Of a DNA stretch of 64,000 nt, positions 38,179-52,450 are shown piece after piece (the stretch's first letter is position 1; each line of letters begins with the position of its first letter). Location of the stretch: the NCBI GenBank assembly GCA_013239625.1, contig MU053304.1, positions 2,046,001-2,110,000 of the forward strand. Direction: 5' to 3'. The notes below the pieces were generated by a model, which was given only the letters and a program-made list of their open reading frames with translations, was not told the DNA's origin and did no database searches. The DNA is from Lama guanicoe. Lineage: Eukaryota. A program made the translations under genes and the position numbers.

Positions 38179-38369
38179 TAGGTTAGCCGAATGAAATTCA
38201 GGACGCCCAGTCAAATTTGAATTTAGACAAACAACAAAAAACTATTTCGTATAAGTGCCTCTTATGTAATATTTGGGCCATACTTATGTTAAAAAAAATG
38301 TATCAGTTATCCGAAATTCAAACTTAACTAGGCCTCCTGTGTTTTTATTTACTAGACCTGGTAACTGTA
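38179..38369. mobile_element. MER53-like palindromic hAT MITE nested in a MER5-like element (~38155-38510)
   Basis: Long imperfect inverted repeats (caggacgcccagtcaaatttgaattt ... aaattcaaacttaactaggcctcctg); MER5 motif ctcaaacttggctgcac|...actggaatcatctggg resumes after it; degenerate flanking repeat GGCTGCAC/GGCGCAAC. Confidence 0.85.
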
Positions 38370-39439
38370 GGCGCAACACTGGAATCATCTGGGAATTTCA
38401 GAAAATACTGATGTCTGGATCTCGCCTTAAGAAATTTTAATTTAGTTGGTTTTGATTGGGTCTGCACATTGGGGATTTTACTATGCAGGAAGGGCTGACA
38501 GCCACTGAGCTAGAACAGTGACTTCTAAGCTGCTTTCAGTTTTGCAAAACTTCATATACTTTTTTAATTGTAGCCACCTAGACTCCTTTAATAATCTGCT
38601 TTACGTAGTCTGATATTGTGGGCTAGTCAACCACCTTGAGCCTCAGTTTTCTGAGCTGTAGATGGGATCTATGAAACCAGATTGAAGCACAAAGCTCAAC
38701 ATTACCCATCAAACTGCTGCTAAGTGCAGAGAACCATGAGCTGTATCCCAAAGGGTCTAAAGCAACCAGCCACAAGCGAGAAAACATTTCTGAGCTCTCA
38801 TGATTCCTGTGAATTTTGTGTTTTCCTCTTTATTACACATGTGTGTATCTTACTGGAAAAAATAAGAAGTCACTTTTCTGCTACAATGTTCATGTAAAAC
38901 TGACAACAAACGAAGATGAACTCTATTTATCCCACAAAGTCACGGGCCTCCTGATTCACAGCAAGATCTCTTACGAAGCTCACCCTGAAGTCACGCTCCT
39001 GTAACGCCTGCAGAGTTTGGTTGGGTGATTTCATTCCGAGACACAGTTCACGGCCTTTCTTCACTTGGAGCAATCCTACAGAACTTGGTGTTGGGCCCGC
39101 GTGAGCTTGCCAATCACCCAGTCTCCTTCTGTCTTGGCAATAGAGGAGGTGAGCAAGGACAGGTTTAAAAATGGCTCCAAACTTAGAAACATCCCCTCTC
39201 TCCAACTGTCAGAGGCGAGATGAATACAGTGTGGTGTTTTATCTACGGAATCCTGGGTAAGGAGTAAAAGGAATGTATTACATCTTTTTGGTGTTGATTT
39301 GGAAGAATGCTCATTCTCTACAGTTAGTGAAGAAAGCAGATTAGATACAGCCTGATATACAGTCAGGGAGATGGACGTGAGCGCCCTGGGGGTAGCGGGA
39401 GACTGTTATGCTTATTAGACCCAAATTTACTAGTTTCAC

Positions 39440-39582
39440 TGCCGCACCACGTTCGTCACGGGAGCTGGCTGAAATGCAGATTCTCAGGCCTCCCCCTCCG
39501 ACCTCCCCCGCTGGAACTGGTTGTTTAACAAGATCCTCAGGTGCTTCGAATACACATTCAATTTTGAGAAGCGCGGCTTTAG
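39440..39582. mobile_element. MER5A-like DNA transposon fossil
   Basis: gaaatgcagattctcaggcc...tttaacaagatcctcaggtg...attttgagaa motifs. Confidence 0.75.
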
Positions 39583-39703
39583 ACCATGCTGGCTTGATTC
39601 AAGTGTTGCAATGATTCTGTATTACTCTTGCAGCACGTGAGTGAAATTAATTTTTTGGGAAGGGTGTTTGTAAGATTATCTATACAATGTGGGTAGTAAC
39701 TGG

Positions 39704-39955
39704 TTTTTTTTTTTTGATATTTTTTATTGAAGCGGAGTCAGTTTACAATGTTGTGTCAATTTCTGGTGTACAGCATAATGCTTCAGTCATACATGAATAT
39801 ACGTATATTCCTTTTATATTCTTTTTCACCACAAGTTACTGCAAGATACTGAATGTCGTTCCCTGTGCTATACAGTATGACTTGTTGTTTTTCTACTATA
39901 TGTGTATATATATATTATATGTATGTTACACACACACACATATATATATATATCT
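39704..39955 (-). mobile_element. Short truncated young L1 3' end
   Basis: Poly-T then ttattgaa...tttacaatgttgtgtcaatttctggtgtacagcata...ccctgtgctatacag, homologous to the elements at 1825 and 8651. Confidence 0.85.
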
Positions 39956-41994
39956 GTAAATCTCGTTATTGTAACCCAAGCAAGTTTCTACCACCTTCTC
40001 CATCTCTCCGCAGAGTATGAAGCCAGCTGTTTACACTCTGGGTCCGGTGGTTTCTTAGACCCATGTTGGTGTCAGTTCTCAGATCATCCTGCGTCTGCAC
40101 ATCCCTCTCAGTCTGTCCCCACGGAATCAGAACTGAGTGTGGCTGCAGACGTAAGGGTGTCACTCAGGGCCACGGCGGCTCAGATGCTGGCTTGGAGAAC
40201 GTCAGAGGCTTCGGGGAGCTGCCCATATTTGCTGAGTGGTAGGAAAGCTTTGCAGAGTTTGGTCTGGTCCGTTAGGAAACTGGCTAGACCAGGGAAATTC
40301 TATGGTTTATTGAATTGTAAATAATGTTGAACAGATCCCTTCTTAGCAGTCTCCAAAGCAGTCTGTCATAGCCTGCTCCGTGCCTGGAGAGGAATTTTCA
40401 GTGGAGGACGAAACAAGGCTCTGTTGGTTTTGCTAATAGGATAAACATTTCTCTGACTTGCAGACTGGAAGCAGCCCCAGTGGACTCTTTCCCTGGACAT
40501 TTCAATATCCTATAAACCATCCTATGGGAGAGGTAGAGAGTGGTGGAGACAGAGCCACAATATGGGACCAGGAAATCTGTAAACCTGAATCTCCGGCAGG
40601 AACGTCACTTTTTAAAAGAGAAGAGGGGTCTCCAGACAGTATAATGGACTGTCACAAAAGGAGCCCTGGGCTGCACCCCCTGAGTCCTCCCCGCCCACTC
40701 CCCCTGTCCCCTCGGAGCCAACACCCGGCTTTCCCCAGTGGCCCATGGTTCCATGATCCCAGAGAGAAATGATGCAAAGGGAGGTGCTGGGGTTTAATGG
40801 CGCGATACGAGCTCACGGGGTTAAACTGTGCCCACGTCTAATTAGCAGAATGAAGGATGAAATCGTTGCCTCCTTTGGGAGACACACAGTGGCCTTGGAT
40901 GACCCAGCCTGGCTGTTCTTGCTGGTCTGACAAAGATGAATGGGAGGACAAGTTCTGCTTTTGATGAGACCCGGTGAGGTGATGTCTGTGTTTTACTAAA
41001 GGTCACGTGCAAGCACTCCGCCCGTGCCAGAAACCAACGTGTAAACACAACCGCAGAGGAAACGTGGATCCTGGGAATGACCGGTCACTCGGGACACTTG
41101 GAAAACTGAATGGACCCCCACATTAGGAACCACTGGTCTCTGGTTCTGCAGTGTTTATTTTCACATCGTGGCTTATGATCTGAATATTCTTCATTTAAAA
41201 TCAAATGCTCTTTTGATATAAAAAAGCATGTGTCTCCTCCACCCCTGCCCCTGTACCTCAATAAAAAAGTGTCTGTTGTCTTCTGGTTTATTGCCTGGGA
41301 ATGAGCCGTGCTTTTAAAACATAAAGAGAAAAGTAATGGCGGTAACCTTGTCACTGTGGGAATCAAGGGTTTGTGCAGAGCAAAGAGGCACCGACATGGA
41401 GAAGGTGCACCGGAGACATCTTCAAGCCCTCGCCCCACATGAGCACCTGATGAGGTTCTGTCCGGACATCGAGTTGCTGGGCTAAATCTGGAAGAGACTG
41501 AAAACGAGATCAATTCTGCATCATCTGTTACAGATGAGTGCTCCAGACACCAGGCTGCTCCCAGGTCCGTGCACAAGCTGTCGCCGTCGCTGGGGCACGC
41601 CGAGCCTTCCTCTTGTCACTTTCTCCCCAGTGTCTGAAGGGGGTGTTACCCTCATAACACTTGGTCTCCCCACGCTCCCCCCAACCCCCCCCAAGCACTG
41701 ATCTCAGCAGGGAGTCACATTGAAAGAAAAAGTCAGAAAACAAGGTCACAAGAGGCAATTTTAATCTTTGTTAGAGCCTGAGAAGAAAATACCTGAAGCT
41801 GAGTGTGACGAGGCGGGGGCGGGGCGAAGAGACTGCAGAGCTGCTTTGAAATCCCCTCTTGGTACCCTCGTCACTTCCAGGATCCTTCACGTGGATTTCG
41901 TCTCTTCCTTCTCCATCTCACCTCCCAGTGAAAGCATTCCGCAAACTTGGCCAGGTAACCTCTTGACTTTGTTCTCAAACTAGGGAACCAGCCT

Positions 41995-42170
41995 GCCTGA
42001 GTTTTGATCTCCGCTCTCCTGTCCGTGGCTGTGTGTTCCTGGGGGACTGACTTCATCTGTTTGCATGTTCGTAAAATAGGGACAAAGTGGAGATGAGCTC
42101 CTACATGTAAAGCACTTAGAATTCCACCTGCACACGGTAAGTGCTAGGTAGTTTACTGTTACTATTATTG
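41995..42170 (+). mobile_element. MIR SINE fragment
   Basis: gtaaaataggg...catgtaaagcacttagaa...cacggtaagtgct...tactattatt. Confidence 0.7.
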
Positions 42171-45104
42171 TTGTTGGTGGTGGTGGTCACTTGGCCTCTC
42201 TCCAGTCTACTGTTTTCAACAGCTAGTGGTGCTCTCCCCTTCCAAAGTGAAACCCCGCAGGCTCTCTGTCTTCCTATCTTCCCCTCCCCAGTACCCTGGC
42301 TCTTCCTAGCAAAGTGGGGGGCGGGGGATGAGGTGGAAGGAAGGCAGTGGGTCCTCATGTAGTAGGATGCATCCACCTGCTAGATAGACTTCTATTCATC
42401 CTTTAAAACCCAGGCATTGCTGTCCCTGTGACCTCTCAATCTTCCAGAGAGAGCTCTTCCTTCTCTTTCCCGATCCACACCTGTACCTTTTTTCACTCCT
42501 GCACGGATCACCCACAGTCCACATCATTTGCTTTTTTCTATTGGCAACAGTAAACTGAACTCCTTTGAGGGCAGAGAACATGTCTCATCTATCTTTCTGT
42601 CACCAGCACAGTATTCGATACACAGAAGGAGCTCATTAAAGTCAGGTGAAAGGAATCAAATGAGATGTTTCATTGCGTTGGGGGAAGGCAGCGGTGTTGT
42701 GAACTCTGGGGGGCTCCAGAGGATGGTCTCAGGAAAGGACAAGGGGTCGTCTCACCGCCAAGGTGCAGGTGCAGACCTCATGGAACTGCTTCGCCGGGGG
42801 ACAGGGATGCTTCAGGCTGCAGCATTCACGCTCTGAAGGGCTCCTCTTTTCAGAGGAGCATGTGAGATTAATGAGTGCTACTGACAGTAAATATGATAAT
42901 TATCTAATGACATTCATAAGTGTCTGAAATCCTTGGCACAGTGCCCGTGACAATACAGGCCCCATTTTCCGTTTATTTCTTGAAATGAATCTGACTCATT
43001 TAAGAATAGTAACAGACCACTTGCCACCAACGAAAATCAAAAGTTGGATAAACATTGAGTTTCCTCTGCTGCCCCCCTGAGATGATCTGTCCCACGGTTT
43101 CCCATCGTCTGTCTAGGCAAAAACATTCCTCTCTGACTGCATTTGGCTTTTACAAAGATTGGAGACAGAGGGAAAGGGTGGCCTCTTTGGAACCTCACTT
43201 GTTAGGGGGCTAAGCTTTCAATTACGAAACAACCAGCTACAACCCTAGGTAGAAGGGGGCCATGTGTTCTGCCACCTTCCCCCAGCAATCTTGTGTCAGG
43301 AGAAGGTGATGCCCAGAGGGCAGACGCATCGGAGGTGCTGGAAACAAGCTGGTGGTGCCCAGTGGGACAGGTGAGCACGCCTAGTCTTTCCACGACAAGG
43401 TCCAGGATGACACAAGTGCTTCAGTTGCTGGGAGACACGGGCTCCGGCTGAGCTAGACCCTGGGCCAGGTCAGGCCCACAGAGAGAGTAGGAAGGGGACA
43501 TCACCTGCGAGGGGACCGTCTAGCTGTGGAGTCTTGTGGAAAGACGGAAATGCAAACTCTCTAGAGGCGAGGGAGACCACAGCTCTCATGGACTCAAGGG
43601 TGGATGGTGTGACTTTTCCTCAACCCACAGGTATAAAAATGCCACATTCATTTTTCTGAATCAAATTGAGGATTAGGCCTCAGCCTTCCCCTTCCACAAT
43701 GCACAAAAAGCCAGGACTCAGACATCCCCTAGACCCTGAGGACAAGCCTGGGGTCTCTGGTGGCCCCTGAGCTATGTGGGAGACAGGGCAAAAAGACCAC
43801 CAGAAGAGAGGATGGGGGAGACAAGATGTTTTGCCCAAAGTCTCATAGCAGAGGAGAGACTGGGCCATGACTCGCACACATCACACCTACCCCAGGTCCT
43901 TTGCCCCATCTCCCCATCACGGGCCTGAGCCAGAGCCATTCACCAGGCTAGCACTCTCAGTAAGGCTCCAGGCGAGACGTTCCAGGCACCCACACAGCAG
44001 CTGTGCAGTGCCAGCCTCGGACACATCAGCCCAAGCAAAGGCTACAAAAGCTGAAGTGAAAGGGCGCCCTGTCTCCAGGTCTTGTGCTCAGTGCTCAGAA
44101 ACCAAGTAGGAAGTGAAACCGCAGAACCATCTGTAAGTGAAAAAATAAAGAAATGAGGAAGGCACGAGGAGGAAGCTTGGAGATGAACCCTGATCTGGGT
44201 GATGGTGACGGTTAAACAGGGCCACGCCAGGGTCAGTGCCAGGAGGTCCTAGTTGTATTAAGAACCAAAGGGTTATTTCCGCCAGCGTTTGTTGAACGGC
44301 TCCTCCGTGCCAGGTCCTGCGAGGTACAGGGACTATAAAGATCAGGTAGACCTCAGGTTCACCGCCTAGTCCAGGGACTGTCTCTGACGTGCCCCGTACA
44401 CTGGGTGCAGAGACTCACCCACCGGCATCTGGACAAGCCCTGGAGCTTTAGAAACAAAGAGTCATATCGTAGCTCATGGGGTTAGTGAAGGTGCAGCTCA
44501 CATGTCAGTGGTCCTTTGAAATTTAAATAAAATTGACGCCAGCCCCCTAGGTCCTGGTTAGGGAATAGCAGTGCCTTCTCCGAAGTGTCTGTCAGTTTCC
44601 AGGCTCTCGTGGGCTCACGGTTCCTCCTGATTCTGAGAATCTGACAGACGTCAGACTTTCGAGGCAGTACGTGTCGCACTTTCTAGAGCTTTTCTTCCTT
44701 CTGCTCCACTCTGACTGAGGTGTGAAACTTAGCCTTTTTCTACAAAGGTACTTCACATGAGCTGGGGTCATACTGAAAAACAATGGTGTGGAGATGGACG
44801 CAGAAGAGTAGGAACAAACTACCCCCACGCAGAATGGACACTGGCCATAAAAATCTCACGTGGCTACTGGTACCTACATCTGCTCTTACAACTGTTTTGA
44901 TGAAGGTTACATGGTCCTGGGTTTTACACTGAAATAATTCATGATATAATATTATACCGTCCTGTCTTTAAAGAGCTTTCGGCCATCTCATCAATGGGAA
45001 ATCCTCACTGGCTGTCCTTCTCAGAAGTTCCAGCCTGCCTCCATATGGCTTGATTATTTTTCCTTCGTATCCTCTTTACTAATTCATGCCCATCCTCTTT
45101 TTAA

Positions 45105-46410
45105 AAAAATCAGTTTGAACGAGGTACCATATCTATATACAATAAAGATGCACCCATTTTAAGAATATACTTGGATGAGTTTTAACAAAAGTGTGAACCC
45201 ATTTCACCAGCACAATCAAGATGTTGAATGTAGCCATTATCCAAAAACGTTCCTCGTCCCTTTTGCGATCAGTATCATCCCCACCTCTGTCTCCAGGCAA
45301 TCACGGGTCTGCATCAGGCCATTCTAGCTCGGATCTACCTTTTCTTTACTGTACCAGTGGGATCCTACAGGGTGTCTTCTTTTGTGCCTATGTATCTGTT
45401 CATGAGATTTCCTTCCATTGAACAAATATCCTACCAGTGGTATATCCATTCACCCGCAAATAGGCATTTGAGTTTTTCTCCTTTTTGACTATTATGAAAG
45501 ATACTATGAACATATACATACAAAACTTTGTGTGGAAATATGTCTTTATTTCTCTCGAGTAAATACTTAAAAGGGAATTTGCTGAGTTGTGTGGTAAGTG
45601 TATATTTAACTTTATGAAAAACTGCCAGACTGTTTTCCAGAGAGGCTGCACAACTGTACATTCCCACAAGAAACACACAGGAGTTCTGCTTGTTTCACAC
45701 CCGCATCAAAATTTGGTGCTGCCGGTCTTTTTAATTGTAGCCGTTCTGTTGGGTATGCAACTGTGGTATCTCATTACTATTTTAATTTGGCAGATGATAT
45801 TGAACATTGTTTCCTGGTTCTTGGTCACCTGTGTATATTTTGTTTTGTGAAATGTCTGATCAAATCTTTTCCCACTTAAAAAATTGAGTTACTCATCTCT
45901 TTACTATTAAATGCAGAATTTCTTAATAAATTCTGGGCACAAGTCTTTTGTCATTTATCTGTTTTGCAGATATTTTTCCTAGTCTGTGGCCCACCTTTTT
46001 CTTTTCTTCATGCTGTTTTCTGAAGTTTTTATTTCTGATGTCTTTCAATTATAAATTGTTTCTTTTATGGATTTTATGTTGTGTCTGATGTAAAAAATCC
46101 TTGCTTACCCCCAAATCATGGAGATCTTCTCCTGTGTTTCTTTGCAGAAAGTTTTGTAGGTGAGCTGAGAATGTGGCATTGAAGTCTCCAACTATAATTG
46201 TGAATGTCTCTACTCCTGTACATCAATTTTTGCTTCATTTATATTAAATTTCTTTAATTAGGTGCATATACTGCTCAGATTGTTATATCTGCTTGACAAA
46301 TTGATTCTGTTGTCATTATGAAACCATTCTTATTCCTGATAATATTCTTTATTTTATAACCTACTTTACTCACTACTGATGTCACTCTAGCTTTCTATTA
46401 GTGTTTTCCT
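45105..46410 (-). mobile_element. Old L1 3' end/ORF2 C-terminus plus adjacent L1 fragment
   Basis: ORF 45400..45678(-) reads [25 protein letters not shown], a degenerate L1 ORF2 C-terminus. Confidence 0.85.
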
Positions 46411-46411
46411 T

Positions 46412-46547
46412 TTATATATATTTCATATATATAATATATTACCTATTTCACATATATTAATATATTATTTATAGTTATATATTAATATATATTATTTGTA
46501 TTTTATATATTATATATTATATATACCTTATATATATAATATATATA
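46412..46547. repeat. TA-rich low-complexity tract
   Basis: Almost entirely A/T with interrupted (TA)n runs. Confidence 0.9.
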
Positions 46548-47534
46548 ACACAGTTAGCAGATTCCTGAGTTCCAGAAGGACCAAGATACTGCATTCACAA
46601 GCCCCACAATTGATTTTTAAGTTTTCTTTTTTTAAACTCTGATTTAAAGAGTAAGAAGAAGTTGGATATATAAGCCTCTCATCTTACATTTCTTTCCTCC
46701 CACACGCAAAAGGTGTGTGAAACCCTGAGAGTTCAGGCAGGAAGATGCCTGGTGCTGGATGTCAGGTGGAGGGCGTTGAATACAAAGTTAGTAAACAGGT
46801 CTGTGCAATGAAGTGTAAAAAGAGTCTGTAGGTAGGAAGTAGGTTTTATACTCAAGCTTCAAAGAAAAGATGCTTTGGAGGTGGTGGTAATTATATAAGA
46901 AATGATAGGAGGAGGTGACAAAACTGCTGATAATTTTAAATATTAGGGTGATTTACATACGGAAGCAGCAATGAAACCGCCTTTCCCTACAAGACACAAT
47001 CATCAGGCAGAAGAACACAGGGACTGCTCATCTGGATGACACCCACTGTCACTTCAGCAACCACAGTCTCACAGTGGGACAGAGGATGAGTTCTTGGGTT
47101 CCATGAGGTCCTTCTTGAGATCAGTCCATGAAGTTAGAGTTTCACCTTCTTAAATTCTGGCTGTCTCCAATACTTACTGTGATCTTATCTGCTTATATAA
47201 GGACTTATATAAGTACTTACATAAAGTTCTGACATAACTACTTACATAAAGACAGACAGGAAGATGCTAAACTGGAGTGATTGCATGCTTTGCATGAACG
47301 TGCTGACCGTATTTATGAAACATAAGAAAGAAGTTGTAGTTTGTAGTTTCTGGGTTGCTTAATATTAGTGATTGATTTCACCTGGGAATATTTTGGGGGT
47401 TTCGGAAAGATGGATGCCATGCTCAGCATATGGGATCAAAGACATAATTCAGAGGCAGCTACGTAAAAAAGTATGAGCTGTAGTTAGCTTTCAGTGCAGA
47501 GAAGAGTTGTAAGAGAGATTGAAAATAAGAACTA

Positions 47535-47740
47535 TAGTAACTGACATGCAGAACATGTTCAATGCCCTGTTTTAAGTGCTTTACATATATGAATTCCATT
47601 AACCTTCCTAAAAGCTCTACTTGAGGGAAGTACTATCATGATCCCCATTTTATAGATAAGAAAGCTGAGGTCACCCCAGGTCCCAAGCTGGTAAGAGTCT
47701 GCACTAGGATTCAAATCTAGGAATGTGGCTATGGAAAGCC
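47535..47740 (-). mobile_element. MIR SINE
   Basis: ttttaagtgctttacatat...atccccattttatagataagaaagctgagg...ggattcaaatctagg, the MIR core in reverse orientation. Confidence 0.85.
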
Positions 47741-50246
47741 ACGCATCACAGAGATGAAAAAAACCATAAGGAAGAGGAACAAGGCAGGGTCACTGAGAAA
47801 AGAACGAAGCTGAAGAACTAAAAAGATGCTTAAATAAAATATATTTGTCTAACAGGATATTGCAGAAGTACCTGAGATCAAAAGATAAATTAGAAAATAT
47901 GTACCCTATGTTGAAAATGAAAAGGCTTCTGGTGTAGCTGACCTTTAAGTTCCCTTCCTGGAATTCTGCCATCTGATGATACTCACCACCAGACTGTCAT
48001 CCAGACTACGTCCCCTGAGCTCTCTGACACGCACCATCCCCTGTGACCACTCACTGAAGTTGGACCTGTGGACGGACAAGAGCACTTCAAGAAACAGAGG
48101 CATAAAATGTGTTTAAAATGATGGGGAATGAAAAAAAATGGATGTCAAGATCACTTGAAAATAAAAATGAGAAATAAGATCGGTGAAGTTTCTCAGACCA
48201 TGGGAACCAGAAAGGCCTAGGAAAGTCTCCAGGGTCCCTCAAACTGCTTCTGACAACAGAAGAAAGTAAGGATTTACTGGGAAACCAGCATCTGGGGGGT
48301 TGAAAGCCACTAAAGACTGCTCGCTCCTGGACCAGGTGGGCAGTGAGCCGGGGGCATCAGGCTCCCAGGATGGCCAGAGGGGGCCTTTGTTAAAGGATTG
48401 TAATGAAATTTAAGAAAAGGGGGAAATGACAAAGTCTGTAGTCAAGAAAGTATTGCCCACTTTATTTAGGGAAAAAATGGCAGACTCCTTAACTACAGTG
48501 AATTTAGACTACAGAAATACTGGCAAGCATTTACCGCCCTCAAGCCAAGAAGGCGAGCTGGCGGAACGAAGCCCAAGGCCCACTGAAGCAATAAACGGAC
48601 AGGGGAAGGCAGGCTGCTCGGAGACCTCCTTCAGAGGACCGGGGGAGTCCCCCCAAGGGGGCTGCGGTGGCCACGTGGCCTCATCCCACTGGATGAAGAG
48701 AGGCCCTTCTCGGGGTGGGGCAGCCTTGGGGCCACTGTGAAAGTGGGTGAGCACACACCCCATATTGGAGTCTGGCCTTTGACTTGGGGGTTTAAGAAAG
48801 GAAGTTGGAGTCACATCAGTGAGAGGCCAGGTCTCTAGGACAGGCCAGTATAATCTCTAGAAGAAGGCAGTGGGTGGATGGAACACTGTTGTAGGGGGCC
48901 AGACGGTGCTAACAAAAGCGGAAAACAGCTTTGATTCATGCACCCACAGTGCCTACTGGTGATGCAGCATCTTTGTGGGAGATTTTAAGCAACGTGCTTT
49001 TAGAAGAGTAGGGGTAATCTGACTCAAAGCCAGCTGTATGCATGTTTCCTAAGGATTAAAGAGACATGCCTTTTAAAGTACATTTTAATAAGGAGACTGG
49101 GGAATGATCAGTAGCGGGGATTTAATCTGTTAGGGACGGATGCTGTTTGAGTCACTCTCAACACCTGGACCAGTAGGTTGTTCACAAGTGTCTGTACAAA
49201 TAAAAAAAATATTTGAGTGAGAACTATCTCAGCTGTTAAAGCAGAGAGACACAAGAACATTTGAATGTGTTTAATTTTGTTTTGAAAAACCTTTGGGAGA
49301 AAGCAGAATGAAAACATTTTAAGTGTGTGTGCATAGTTTTTCGAATGAAAATGGGAAAGTTTGAGTAAATAGAATTATCAGCATCATGATTCAGTCAAGA
49401 AAAACTTTGAAAGGAGTTTATTCAAAGCCAAAAAGCTAAATCATGTGATGTTAAATTTTATTATAATTTTGAATTGGAAGAGGTTTCTAAAACCATGCAA
49501 TCTCAGATAGTTCTGCTCCTGCACAAATGGGAAATCTGGACTAAATGTGCTGCATCAGAAGCACCCGTCAGCTCGCCTAGCTCCTGCCCCCAGCTTCACC
49601 CAGCTCCAGCTCAAATAGCTGCGATCAGCAGGCTCATGCCTACCCAGTCCAAACCGCTGAGAATCTGGGCTGTACTGTGTTAGTGTCCCCTTTATTAAGG
49701 GATGAGATCTTAGGGTCGGGGTTAGAGACAGCGTCTATAAATTCAGAGGTAGCTTCCTCTCCTGTGTCATGATGCCCACGCGAGATCTAGGCTCCTAGCT
49801 CCCTCCTGGTCCTCTCATTGTGGAGGCTGGTCTATCCTGAGGTCCTTTCTCCAGGTCTCTGGGGTTTTGGTCCTAGTCTACCTCTGCTCTGAACAGAGCC
49901 CTGCACTGCTACCCTCAGATCATCCCAGTGAGGCATTTCTCACAAGTGGAACCAGCTTCCAGGGCTCCTATTCTGACTCGTGTGGCTGTGTCAGTCATTA
50001 ACTAGGACACATCTTGGAAGTCCCACCACCGCTGCCCCTACCATGCCAGATGGATGCCAACCCAGCTCCAAGTGGGTTTTGCATGCACTGCTGGCCATTC
50101 GCTCCTGAATCAGTGCTTGCGTGTAGCTTTGGACCATCTTCTAACAGAAAATAAGACATATTTTAATTCTTCAGGAATTGATTATTTTCACTGATAGAGA
50201 AAAATCTTTTCACTAAGGATTTGAAGCTATGGCTGTATCAAAACCT

Positions 50247-50352
50247 GTATTGATCAGGTTCTCCAAGAAACAGACCAGTAGGAGATTATGAGTTTGTGTA
50301 TAAATATATTGGGTGGGGGGAGGCTGGCAAGTCCAAAATCTGTAGGGCAGGC
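50247..50352. mobile_element. MLT2-like (ERVL) LTR fragment
   Basis: tgtattgatcaggttctccaagaaacagaccagtagga...gaggctggcaagtccaaaatctgtagggcaggc. Confidence 0.6.
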
Positions 50353-51749
50353 AAGGAGACTTATGGCTGAAACCCAATGGATAAGCCAGATAAAATAGCT
50401 TCATTTTCCTATGTTCAGTAGGATGGCTTGTAGGAAGTCAATGCAAAGGCAACTACTTACAATCAGATATCAAACTTTTTTTTCCAAGAAAATAAAAAAG
50501 TTTCACTTTTAAGAAAGAACATTCTAGGAAATATATTCTTTCAGAGAATCTGGCTCCCAATCTGGCTTAAACTTGATATGAGGGATAGTATTAACAGAAG
50601 AAATCTTCTCACTTTGGAAGAGGAAAATGTCTTGAATTATTTATATGAAGTTTATTGTTTGGGTGATTTACAAAGCTAAATTGAAATATTTGTATAAACT
50701 TGAGAATATTCTGCTGATTGAGTTAGGAGAAACCGAATGTACTAAATACGTAGATTTAGAAGAACGAGTGTGGGTCAGTGAGGTATGTGAAGACAGACTA
50801 GAGAAAGAGAGACTGTCAGGATTCTGTGTTCTTAAGATTGTAGCACACGCAGGAGCCAGGAGCTTAGCTGGAGTCAGAACAAGTGGTCAGAGATCTCAAT
50901 TGAAAAACAACGTCAGAGTCACTCCTTCTAGCCCAGGAATGGGGTTCCCTCTCTCCAGAAATCATCCTAATGATTTACAAAGAACAGAGCCACCTGCAAA
51001 GGAATCACAAGGTGGTTAGGAACAAAGCGACAGTCCCGCAAGTTTCCGCTTTGGAGATAGGATTTGGGCTGAATTTGGAAGGGGGTTTGGAGAAGTGACA
51101 GTGGGGAAGGGTTTGGGTTGGAAATAAAAGATACTCCTTTCTACTTAAGTGCATCTTGGGAGCAGTACTGCTGTTTATCTGGTCACTCACCAGCACAGAT
51201 GAGCCCAGGGGAATCCTGGCTTATCTGGCACTGTCTTTGGATGGAAGGGGACCTGAGAGGATTAAACAGGATCTGGGTATTAAGTCAGTGCTGTAATGCT
51301 ATTTTAGAAAGGAAGAGATTTTTAAAGAGGGATTTGTGGCATTTGGAATAGTTGAGGAGCATGGATTGGTGTGGCTGCAAGGAAGCTTTGGACGGACATC
51401 ATCCTTAAAAAAAGACTTGTTTGAGAAGCAGATGAAGCAACCAGAATATGGTAAGAATACTGGCTCGGAATCAGCAGAGGTCTGAGTAAATGAATAAGGA
51501 CAGAAGGTGCATATGGTATGTTCAGAGCTAAGAGGGTGGACAAAGTCCAGCTGCTTGGGGCAGATAATGAGATTCTACCTGAGCACAGGAAGAGAGCTAA
51601 TAAAAGGAATTTATTCTATAATCTCATCGTAAGACGGCAAGAAAAGTTAAAGGTAAATGGGGATATTAAGAGTGTACAGGAATTTCAGATGACTTCAGTT
51701 TAGAAGGATTAAAAAGAACAAACCTGTGGGTAAGCTCAGAGTCACTACT

Positions 51750-52450
51750 GGGAATCTCTGAACCATCTTTCCCTGGAGGATGAAAGCAGGGCCAGGAGAT
51801 GAGTGATGAACAAACGTTCTTCCAGTTTTGAAAAAGAGGAATTCTGTAAACTACACACTGGCACATCTGATGTTATTCCAGGGAAAGCATCTAAAATAGA
51901 ATATTGAACAGATGGCTTGTGAGCACAGAGAAGAGGAAGCAGTGACTCACTAGGGAAAGTCATGCCAGACTCATAATCATCCTCTTTCCTTTTTACGTAC
52001 ACTAGATGAGTGGAACAGGAAACACGGGGGAAACCTTTAGAAAAGCCTGCTTTAATTTCAAAAGAGCATTTGCCAAAGACTCTCATGGTGGCTTGGGAAA
52101 CACAGTCCAGGCTGTTAGCTGGATGTTGGGACAGGCAGGTGAAATTGTGGCTGGCTGAACACTGACGTCCAAAAAGTGTTGATTAGCAGGTTGGTATCAA
52201 CCAGAGGGAAAGCCGAAGAGGACTATCACATGGCTGGGCTCTTGGCCGACTTCCACGGTTCATCGTTTGGCTAAGGACATAGAAGGCTACAGAAAATTTG
52301 CAGATGATACAAAGTTGAGTGACAAAAAAGAGCTGAACTGACAGATGCCAAGACTCGGGATTCAAAATTATTTTGACATCTAGAATGCTAGGCAGAAAGC
52401 AATGAGGCAAAATTTAACCAGAGCAAATGTACAATTCTATACTTAGAATT
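51750..52450 (+). mobile_element. Ancient CR1/L3 LINE, reverse-transcriptase region
   Basis: Residual RT motifs in the expected order: FNFKRAFAKDSH (52051-52086, cf. LDFSKAFDKVSH) and KFADDTKL (52294-52317). A further CR1-like 3' piece lies at ~53910-54200. Confidence 0.8.
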
